Below are positions 23,180 to 33,283 of a DNA stretch of 64,000 nt, in pieces. The position numbers were made by a program, and so were the translations under genes. Numbering within the stretch: position 1 is the first letter of the stretch; every line of letters starts with the position of its first letter. Source of the stretch: Oikopleura dioica (lineage: Eukaryota; Animalia; Chordata); NCBI GenBank assembly GCA_907165135.1, contig OU015569.1:11718001-11782000 (forward strand). The letters are read 5' to 3'. A model generated the notes under the pieces. It did not search any database. It was not told the origin of the DNA and worked only from the letters and a program-made list of their open reading frames with translations.

Positions 23180-25605
23180 CGAAAGACATTCCAGAAGATA
23201 GGGCGCACTTCTGCGGGTTCGTTTCAATTTCAATTTCGATTGAATCTTAATCTCATCCTTTTTACTTAGCGGTTCGATAATCGGCAAACGGTGGATTGTT
23301 ACGGCGGCGCACTGTATCACGGACACGTCGCTTTTCAATTTCAACTTCCAGGCAAGCAATTTTCTGCTTTGATTATTTTCCAGGTCAAGAGAGTGGTTTT
23401 TAGAAGAGAAAAAACATAAACGCGTCCCAGTAGCTTATCTGCTTGACTTGCAAAACAGCGAAAAATAAATAATTACGTGCTCCCACAAAATACAAAATGT
23501 AGAAAATACATTTTTTTCTAAAAACTTTTTCAAAAAATATTTTTAAAAGAAAAAAATTTTTGGTTCTATTAATAAAAAATTACGTAGTGATACCCTTATT
23601 TTTAAGAGCTACAAAGCTGAATAATCTCACAAAATTTTACGAAGAGAGACCCTTATTTTATCGTTCAAAAATGCAACTTAGGTCTTTATTTTGTTTGTCT
23701 TTGAAAAAAATATTAAAACTAAGGGGGTAGACAGCTATGAACCCAATTTTTGTGCAGATTTATCTTTGAGAGGGACACCCTTATTGTCCCACTAAATTGA
23801 TTTGAGATGACAAGCTGAGCGACTAGTTTTCTTTTGTTTTGTCTTAATAAGGTTGTAACTATGGTTTATCTCGAAGAGAAATGTTCTCGAAAATTGCAAT
23901 AATCGCTGTCTACCCCCTTAATTTTACCTTTTCTTCTCTAAGAAAAACAAAGTTTATTGCCGAGTTGCATTTTAGCGAGATAAAATAAGGGTGTCTCTTC
24001 GTTAAATGATTACAAATGGTATCTCTTCTGGAGAAGCTTTTTCTAAATTATCAACTGAATAAATTTCTTACTTCAGAAATTCCGCAACAACAAAGCGGCT
24101 TATTTGAGGAATTATGTGGAGAAAATTTTTGTGCGTGTTGGAACACATCTCGGGTATGGCCAGGCGCGGGGCTGATTTATTTCTTTTCTCGCTACACCAG
24201 CCAAGTATGCATATATTTATGAAAGAAAAGAGCCCGCGAATGAGCAGAATCCGTATTCGTCCGTTTTTGATGGAACGAAAAATGTGAATATCTCGGACGT
24301 GGTGGTCAAGGCCGAATTCTGCGGCTGGAAGAGCTCCGGAAACATAAAGCGCTGTATGGAAGTAAAAACGCGTAATTTTGAATAAGCAAGTTGACCAAGT
24401 TGCTTTCAGCGATCGCGAGCTGACGATATTGCGCCTGGGCTCGGCGACCTGTGTAAGAACCTGAGTCAGGGTCTGGAAGATCTCTAATGAAACGCCATAC
24501 CCTGACTCAGGTTTTCCACACAGGTTGCCGAACCCAGCATCGCGCTCATTCGCCTCGCCGAAGAGATCGAATTCGACGAAAATACTCAACCCATCTGCCT
24601 CTCGCGAACTCATCAATCCGCCCTTTTTCCGCCCGGATCGTGTTGTACAATCGTCGGCTGGGGTTTGACGGGCAACACGAATACGTGGAATCCGGCGGCG
24701 GCGAAGATGCTTCAAAAGGCTTCGATTCCTATCCAAAGCTGGGCTCGGCAACCTGTGGATAAACCTGAGTCAGGGCCCTGAAATAACTCTGACTCAGGTT
24801 TCTACACAGGTTGCCGAGCCGAGATCCAAAGGCAGCGCGTTTTTTTTCATCCAAAACTTTCCCATCACGGCGAAAAGCGCTATTTCTCAAGCTGAGATCC
24901 TTTGTTCTATTTAAAAAACGCGCTCGACCGTGAAAAACTTTGCCAGCGCTTACAAGGCTGGACGGAAAAGGGAATGGTTTGCGCGGGCATGGGCGCTCAG
25001 GATACCTGTAGTGGCGATTCTGGCGGCCCACTGAGCTGCTCTGCTTTTATTTCCGGTAAGAAAAGCGCTCGTTTCCTCCTTGTTTTCAAATCCTTGTTTC
25101 TTGTTTAGAAAATTCAACTACACGCACTTGGTTCCTCCGCGGAGTCACCAGCTTTGGCGACGCGCATTGTGGCTCGGGAAATCCAGTTAAGGTTTTATTT
25201 TCTAGCTTCTTTCTCAATTTCAATGATGATCAATGATGATCATATGTATTTTTGATAATTAAAAATTGATTGAAAAACCAACTAAAAGCTGCCTATGCTG
25301 ATGTTGACGAGTACACCGAATGGATTACCGAGCAGATTTACAGAGGTAGGCTACAGTGAGCTTGAAAACCTGTGTAGAAACCTGAGTCAGGGTCCAGAAA
25401 GAGCTTTCATAAAAGCCGCGTAGCGGCTATTTTCCTAAGGAAGCCGCAAAGGAGCTTTGTCAAAAATACCATCTTAGTCGGGGTTTTTGACCCTGACTCA
25501 GGTTTCTACACAGGTTGCCCAGCCCGGACAGTAAGATAACCGTTTCAATCAAACTTTTCTTTTTTAGTGGAAAATGAAAAAATGGAATCAGATCCGAATT
25601 ACTGA
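23180..25605 (+). CDS. Trypsin-like S1A serine protease (5' end uncertain)
   Basis: HFCG|GSIIGKRWIVTAAHC (His), ADDIALIRL (Asp), QPICL, IVGWG, MVCAG, QDTCSGDSGGPL (Ser, with an Asp at S1), WFLRGVTSFG. Confidence 0.88.
24435..24537. mobile_element. CTGGGCTCGG-family MITE inserted at the catalytic-Asp D-I-A-L codons
   Basis: TSD TATTGCGC / CATCGCGC; arms CTGGGCTCGGCGACCTGTG / CACAGGTTGCCGAACCCAG. Confidence 0.9.
24739..24823. mobile_element. CTGGGCTCGG-family MITE at a protease exon/intron edge
   Basis: Perfect TSD ATCCAAAG at 24731-24738 and 24824-24831. Confidence 0.9.
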
Positions 25606-26023
25606 AGAATCTTTTTATGTCCTCTGAAAATTTGAAATTATCGAAAAAATCATTGTTTGTATAGTTTTATTGAATAGATAAAGACTGTCTAAAAAGAGGA
25701 GCAGCGTAAGCAGTTGAACAATATATTGCATATATTATGTCACAGGCTTAGAAATTTTTTTAAATATTTTCACAAAAAAAAAGAATGTACAGGAAAGGGT
25801 CTCGAAAATAGATAGATTGAATGATATATGTTTTTACCTATATCATATTTTAAATAACAGAAAGTGGTCTTTTTTCACTACTGGTAGTACGTAGAAAAAT
25901 TTGCACCAATTTTTTATTGAAAAGAAAATCGAAAAATTAGCGCGAGTTTTTTTTTATTATTTTTTAATTGAATTCATTGTAGCAACTTTTAATTGAAAAA
26001 ATTTTAATATTAGGATTGGGGTT

Positions 26024-29000
26024 TTAATTGCGCTGCATAAGTTTGCGTTGTCGACTTTGAAGATCTCTCAGAAATTTGTAACGAATCAGGGCAACTCGCT
26101 GGCAGTGGTGGTCTTCACGCATTTCTTCCAAAAAAACAGGCACCGGGTTTCCATCTTCAATCGGTTTTTTGAAAAGTTCAAAAGAGAACGACAAGAAGTG
26201 CGCCTGAGCTGTCAAAAACCGATGCCTTGATCGTCCCAGTCTTCTATGCACCGCTGGACAATTTTATCCGCATTGCTGAAGATCTGGTTCTTGATGACGT
26301 TGACCCGGGCGCGACCGATAACGTCGATCGAGTTCCAAAACGATTCTTGGAAGGTTTCGTAAAGTAAAACATCGCCCTTGTTTAAATTTCTGAAAAGCGG
26401 ATTTTCCAAATCTTCATTTTTGAGTCAATAAAAAGAAAGCGACAAAATAAGCGACAAGATTTTTAATGCAAATTTGTCGCATTTTTGTCGCTTCACCAAA
26501 AAAACGACGTTTTTGAAAATCCGTGTCTGATTTTTTCCACAATTTCGTCGCTGAGCCCGACATCCTCGTAGCTCCGCACAGTTTGCGGCCTCCTGATCGC
26601 CGCCGCCAAGTAGACGACATCCCGAACCGTCCAGCAGAGTTTGTGTTTCAGCATCGCCAACGACTCTTCAAAGAACTCGTCGAGCAGCATCACGTGGAAT
26701 TGCGACTCGGTGCTTTTGATCATCGCCTGGTACAGATTGTCTACTTGCCGGAATTCTGTGCTTTCGAAGCCGAGGACAAATAGCTGAATTATGATAATAG
26801 TGTTTTTTTTCTTTTCAAGACGACTAACCTGCGGATTAACAAGGTGAATAAGCGGCTCGATCCCGTGCTTCATTTTCGCATTCGCCTTTCGGATTCCTTT
26901 TCCCTTGAGCATTTGCGCGTCGAGATACATCTTCCTGGGGTCCTTGAGGTATTCGTCCGTGTCGTTGAGGAAGGTGCTCATCGCTTCGAAGCGAGAGAGG
27001 CCTTTAAGCTTCTCCTTCATCGCCCAGTGATCCTCGTACTTGACCCAGGCGTCGTAGAACTTCAAAACCGGATCTTGAAGCAGCGAAATGAAAATCGTGT
27101 CGCCAGGCATGATTTCGTAGATTTTTACCGCGTCGAAAACCATTTCGTGGAAAATGATGTCAAAGTGGTAGTCTTCGTTGTTGTCGGTCAAGCCAATCAC
27201 CGTGCTGATATTGCCCGAGCTCGAAAGCGGGTTGAACGAGTGACCCAGCCCGTTTCGCCACTCGTTGTTTCCAGTCGGCAAAGCGAAGCTAAAACAAGGT
27301 TGAACGAAAAAAGAGGGAAAACGAACTTGCCTTAAATTATTCTTCATTCCATATTGCGCGAATAATCGTTGGAAACATCTCGTGTTCGAGGCATCTACCG
27401 TTGTGTCCATCGGCAAGAAGGCGATGTGGCTTTTTGGTGGGCTCGATTTTTTTGCAATCAAGGAGGACTCCTGTTAATTTGGAGGTAAAAACAAGCATTT
27501 TCACAAAAAAAACGAGGACGTATTAAAATAAAATAAGGGTGTCACTTCACTATTTTTAGGAGAATTTTCGGAACGACGATGGCAACCCCGTTAACCTGTC
27601 TATTTTCTAAAGAAAAAAAGAAAAACAAGCAATTAAATTTTAGACAGTTGAACTCGATCGTGTTCATTCTACCGCAAAAGCCTTCTCCAAAATACTGTGA
27701 TGCTGTATATTGTACGCATAAACTCGGCTCAGAAATAATCGCTCGCTTCCTCCAAAAACAATATCGTAATTGACTTCTCAGCCGCGTAAGTAGCCCTTCC
27801 TGACGGGGAGACACTTTGGGCGCTTTCCTTCTACTACGTCGGAATCGAAGATTTCCCCCAAGCCCGGCTTCACCAAATTAGCTGCTGCTGCGAAGGAGCG
27901 TTCTTCTTCGAGACTCTGGTCCACCACTGAAAGCAAACTTTGAGTTAACTTCAAGGCTACGAACTGGCCTTGGCTGAATAGAAAACAGGGTTTCTGAGTC
28001 AGGGTTCTGAAGGAAGCCGGACAGAAAGCCGCGGAGCCTGAGTCAGGTTTTCTACAAGACTGAGCTCGGCAACCTGTGTAGAAAACCTGACTCGGGGTCC
28101 TCAAAACGCTTTAATGAAAATCTGCCGTCAGTGATGATTGACGTATTCGCCTGTAACGAGATCCCATGCTACAGTAATCTATTTTTGGCGCTGATCGAGA
28201 AGAGAGCGAATGTCGATCGCGTGAATTTTTGATTTGAAGTATTAGCGAGAAGAGGTGGCTCAAAATGGATTTCCAGTGGCGCTTGCTGCAGATTACCATG
28301 TCGATCTGACACTTACTGTATATATCTTTTGATTAATCATTAATTGCGGCTTTCATAAAAGCCACTGCAGCGCTACTGCATTTTCAGTCACGACGAAAGC
28401 GCATTTTTCGCGAATATTTAATTCGATTATAAACGGGAAAAGAAAAAGGAAATTTGACGAAAATGAGATTCTTTTTTGAGGCGTTAGGGATCATTACGCT
28501 TTTCATATTCCCAACTACTCATGGTCAGCCGTTTTCTTATACGAATCCATGGAACAACAACAATTTTCCTCGGTAAGCGACTAATTCTTGCGGAGAGAGA
28601 GGTCATCCTTAGACCCCCCCCCCTGCTTAGGCCTTAGTTGGGGGGTCCTTGTGGGGGGGGGGGGGGGGCTGAGCCCCTGGGTTAGGGTTAGGGGCAGCTC
28701 GAAGGATAACCCTCTTCTACCCTTACTAAGGTCCCAATTTTTGTCATATTCTTCAGTAAGGTGAAGTTGACCTAGGTCTTATAGTGAGCTTATTCTGTAG
28801 AAATTCATTCCTTATTGAGGGTAGACTACAGAATAAGCTCATTTTAAGACCAGTTAGAATAGAATTTTCATTTTTGCGACGTCTCCGAATCCCGAAATTC
28901 AACATTCATGGTCTTGAAATGACCAAGGTCAGTTCAGATTGAACTCTTTTTGACCTAGCCATCGTTAGTAGAGACGGCAAGTTCATTTTGATCAGACCTT

Positions 29001-29332
29001 TGTCATTTCAAGACCATCAATGTTGAATTTCAGGATTTGAAAAACTCGGAAAAATATGAAAATTAAGTCCAGGACTTGTTGGTCTTAAAATGAAATTATT
29101 CTGAAATTCAATTCCTCACAGTTTGAACTGCGAAGAATAAACAGAAGAAGTTGAATATAAGACCCGGCCAATTTGACCCAATTATTATTCTGAAACTTTC
29201 AGAGCCGAAGAAAACCTGAGCCAAAATGAATATCGCCTGGAAAAGCGAATGCCACTGAATATGGAGGACATTTCTCACGGCTTCGAGGGCAATCAGTTCT
29301 TCCACGGCCCCTTTTGATTGATCCTTTTCCAT
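26024..29332 (-). CDS. Galactose-3-O-sulfotransferase (Gal3ST)-like protein with degenerate PAPS motifs; 5' exons tentative
   Basis: PKSHIAFL, LFAQYG, FALP, FDIIFHEMVF, MPGDTIFISLLQDP, FHVMLLDEFFEESLAMLKHKLCW, NKGDVLLYETF and C-terminal CQRVAL follow the Gal3ST order. A possible type II TM exon lies at 29108-29332. Confidence 0.72.
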
Positions 29333-29584
29333 TTTGTTTACGTATTATTATTGCGTTTTATATAACAAAAAATAAACAATTGTTAAGAAGCATTGTTCCG
29401 TCCAAGCTAAAAAAAAGCAAAATCATCGTATCTAATTATTTTTATGACTGTTACTATTAACGAGTCACTTTGACAACTTTAATTTTATAACAAACAAAGG
29501 CTTTTTTGTCAACAAGGGGGCCCCTTTTCCTTATTCTAGTTTTCCTATTCCATGCATCGGAAGAGGGTGAGCCTGTGTAGGAAA

Positions 29585-29751
29585 CTGAGCTCGGCAACCT
29601 GTGTAAAAAACCGGAGTCAGGTTCTGAAGAGCTAAAATGAAAGCCGCCCAACGGCTTTTTTAAAAAACGAAGCCGCAAACCGACTTCGCGGCTTTTCATT
29701 TTAGCTCTCCAGAACCTGACTCAGGGTTTCTACACAGGTTGCTGAGCACAG
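29585..29751. mobile_element. CTGGGCTCGG-family MITE nested in the left arm of another copy
   Basis: Perfect TSD GTAGGAAA at 29577-29584 and 29752-29759; the host arm CCTGT...CCTTAGTCAGGG is split by the insertion. Confidence 0.9.
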
Positions 29752-30415
29752 GTAGGAAACCTTAGTCAGGGTTTGAAAGATCTGAAAGCCGCAAAGTTTC
29801 AATCGTTCAATCGCTGATGATTCAATAAATTCCAAAAATTCTAGCTTTCAATTCTTTTCTGTAAGTGAAAAATTTCCAAGACCGTAGATTGTTTTTGCTT
29901 ACCAATATAAAAAATGAGCATGAAGAAGCTCGAAATGCAGAAGACAATGAAGATGAGTTGATTCCTCACATGAGCTTCCATTTTTTTCTTTTCTTTTTTC
30001 AATAACCATCAAAAAGGCTATTTTCTCCGAAGTTTCGCCAGAGACGTTATCATTTGCGTTTTCACTCTTTGGCGCAAGTTTTTCGTTCTTCTTTCTTTTC
30101 TCTCTGCTCCGAAAAAGTAATTCAGGGAATTCGGGAATTGAAAAAACGCTTTGAATGGCCAGGCCAGACTCCTTAAGTTTTATTGTTATGAGAAGTTGAA
30201 AAGGCTGGAGCCAAAACGCGGTGTTAATTCTGAATCGATCTGCCCCGCGGCGAATTCACCAAAACCTTCTGGTACTCTGCGCTGGTATTTTACTCCGAAA
30301 ATTATACTCGCTAATTAAGACCATCCCCAATTGCCAATTTCTAATCAAGCTGCTTTTCTAAATGTCTGGAATAAGGGTATACCATGCTCTAAGATTCATA
30401 CACTGAAGTTTACTC

Positions 30416-30755
30416 CAGAGTTGCAAATTTGCTGAGCTGAGTGAGCTGAGCTCAGCTCAGCTCACTTATTTTCGAAAATGAATTTATCTGCTCAGCTCAG
30501 CTCAGCTCAGACAATAATCACTCATCACAGCTCCGCTGAGCTCAATTATTCTCGAACATGATCTGTTCTGCTCAGCTCAGCTCAGCTCAGCTCTAATTAG
30601 GGTCTGCTCAGCTCAGCTCGGCTCAACTACCTTAAAAAAAGGTCTGCTCAGCTCAGCTCAACGACCTCTGAAAATAGCCAGCTCAGCTCAGAGAATTTCT
30701 CACTCAGGGCAGCTCAGCTCAGCTCAGCGAAAATAAAGCCAAATTTGCAACTCTG
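30416..30755. mobile_element. hAT-type MITE filled with (GCTCA)n pentamers
   Basis: TIR CAGAGTTGCAAATTTG / CAAATTTGCAACTCTG and perfect TSD GTTTACTC. Confidence 0.92.
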
Positions 30756-31029
30756 GTTTACTCCACGAAGTGGCTAAGCTAGAATATGTTATTTTTCGAA
30801 TCGAAATTGAAATTTAGGCGAAGTTTGATTGATTCACTTTCTATTCAAATGTTTTTCAGTGTAAGTGGCAGGGAAATGATCGGCCCATTTTTCGTGCTAA
30901 ATCTTCTCCATCTGAAGAATCATCGGCGAATTGAATGTTGTCCCTGAAAAATAAATTAAACGTGAAAAAGCGCAAATTACTTACGAATCAGTTTTTTCGC
31001 GCCGGGGACGTCCAGCAAATCGATCACGA

Positions 31030-32154
31030 AAAGGCGCACTAGAATAGTTTTTATCAACTCAGATCAGTCAAGAAGGCTCCTTACCGGTTTCTGTCTGGGT
31101 TGACCAGTGCGTCGCATTCCATTTGCTCTTTTCGAACTGCCAGCATTTTGCTGGCAACATCGCAGGATATGTCGCTGGTAACGGTAAGCTAAAATATTAT
31201 TTAGAGATCAAGTTATTCTGCATAGCTTACCTTGGATGACGTGGACACTGTGGATGGCTCCATAGCGTGGTGCACCCCCTCCATGTGGGACCGCCAGGCG
31301 CCAGCAGCAAGAATGTTCTCTCTGGGTAGGGGGCTTTCAAAAGGAAGACTGGTTTTCTGAATTTTAAAATTCAATAATAGAACTTTGTTCTAGAAGAAAT
31401 TAAACTTTGAATTCACATTTTCTCTCACTTGAAAAGCTTATAATTTGATTAAGAATATCAAATTACTGTCAAGTGTTATTTTTTTGATTACCTAATAATA
31501 CCGGCATGCATGACAGTCCTGTGTCTAGCAGTCTTGTGTCTAGTAGACCTGCTTGAAAATTCATACTCTTTTGATTCAATTATTGAAAGAAGAATTCTGC
31601 TCTAGAATGTATTTTATCGATTGATTTGGTGTTAACTTTATTGGAGAAGTTCAACAGTAGAAAATATCGAATGCAGTAAAAGTGACAGTAAAGCGTTTGA
31701 TTTAGAGGCGAGAAGGTTTCTTCGTTTTTCGGATGGCATTTGGAGCTTTTCCCTTGTTTGGTTTCTTCGCTTTTGACTTGTTCTTCTTTGGTGCTTCGTC
31801 GTTCTTGATCTTTTCTGGGCTGGCGCTCTTCCGAGCGTTCTCTTTTCCAAAGAGCTTTTCCTTCTGCTCGTCAGACAGTGGCTTGGTCGGCTTGAGGGAT
31901 CCCTTCTTGACGGTCTTCTGCTTCCGCTGTTTCTTATTTTCTTCCTGGAAAGGCGATTTCGAGGAAGGAAGGGGGACGGTAACCCATTCATCTCGAGGGA
32001 GTATCTTCATTTTTTCCGCGGTTTCTTGGTCGATCTTCATTTCCACTGGCCCTCGGCTCCGGCTCATGACCATTTTGCTGGCCCTTTCGGTTCCAACAGA
32101 CTGGGAAAGAAGCGCGAGTTCGTAAAAATTCAAGTATCGGATCGAGTCGGTCAT
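31030..32154 (-). CDS. Lys-rich protein of unknown function (multi-exon, 3' end uncertain)
   Basis: 150-aa open first exon, followed by short GT-AG-bounded coding-like exons at about 31230-31350 and 31085-31190. Confidence 0.4.
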
Positions 32155-32953
32155 TTTTCTCGATGTTTTGGTCGTTTCTTTGTTTGATGGTTCCAGGAAA
32201 TTGATTGCGCTTTTATTCGGAAAGTGGGGATAGGGAGCATGATTCAGGCAGGTGAGCTCAATTAGTAGAAGTTCAGATGCTAGAATCTAAAGCAGGAAGC
32301 GCTGATCAGCTGCTCCGCTCAGTTCAAAGAAGAGAGATCAATCGACAATTATGCTGATTGATCCCTAATTATCCCTACCCTCTGAACTCTTTTTCTGATC
32401 GTCAAATGGCTTGAAAGAGTATTCGGTGGAGGAGCAATAAAACAAGCTGTTAATTAATTTCCTTTCTCGCCAAATAGCAATTTCGTCACTATAGCAACGC
32501 GCAGTTTTTTCTTCTTTCTAGGCCCAAGCAGGCTACATCTCTATTTTTTATCAGAGAAGAGGAAAAATGGACCCTCGACCATTTATCAATGCTTATAGGC
32601 GCGGTTTATTTACTAGTTATTTTGTGCATAAATAGAAAAGACTCGATTTTGAACTGCGAAAAAGTGCGAAAACGCGCGTCGGAAATTGGAATGAAGATCT
32701 TTTCAGAATCGACGGAGAAAATCAAGGTAGATTATAAGCGCAAGGTTTCTCAAAAATAACAAAGCGAAACCCTTATTTTTCGATCAGAAGAAAGCTTAAA
32801 CCTTTTTCTCGTTTCTCGATCGACGGCCTCTTTCTTTGCTAAAATCTACATTTTGGCAGGGCTAGAATTAGGACATCATGCCTGAATCACTCTAGATAGA
32901 TAACCCTAACCCTAACCCTAGATTCCAGCCTCCCAAAGTTATCGCTATGTTAA

Positions 32954-33283
32954 GGACTCCCCCGTCAACAATTTTCCTCAAAAAATCGAAAATTACATAA
33001 CAGCCATATTTTGGCTTTTTTGTGTGCGTGGAAGTTCAATTTATCATGAATACTTGTTTGGAGCATTTTTTGGCCAATAAAAATCTGAAATTTAAGCAAA
33101 ATTGGGACTTTTTCGTCATTTTTCGTCGAAAAGTCCGATTTTCAAACGCGATTTTTAGGGTGATAGAGTCGAGATCTAACCCCCAAAAAATGAAGCCTCA
33201 AAATCGTTTTTTGACCTGTAGAATCCATTTCCGGGGTCAAAATTCCGAAAATAGATTTTTCGAAAATTGTTGACGGGGGGTCC
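32954..33283. mobile_element. TTAA-targeting MITE, second copy
   Basis: TTAA|GGACTCCCCCGTCAAC ... GTTGACGGGGGGTCC|TTAA; the interior matches 7867-8197 inverted. Confidence 0.85.

Noticed and set aside
22832-23269. 145-aa plus ORF as an independent gene
   Set aside because: AT-rich with no motif, and it overlaps the protease 5' region in a different frame.
24068-24751. 227-aa minus-strand ORF
   Set aside because: Antisense shadow of the protease exons and a MITE; the catalytic motifs are on the plus strand.
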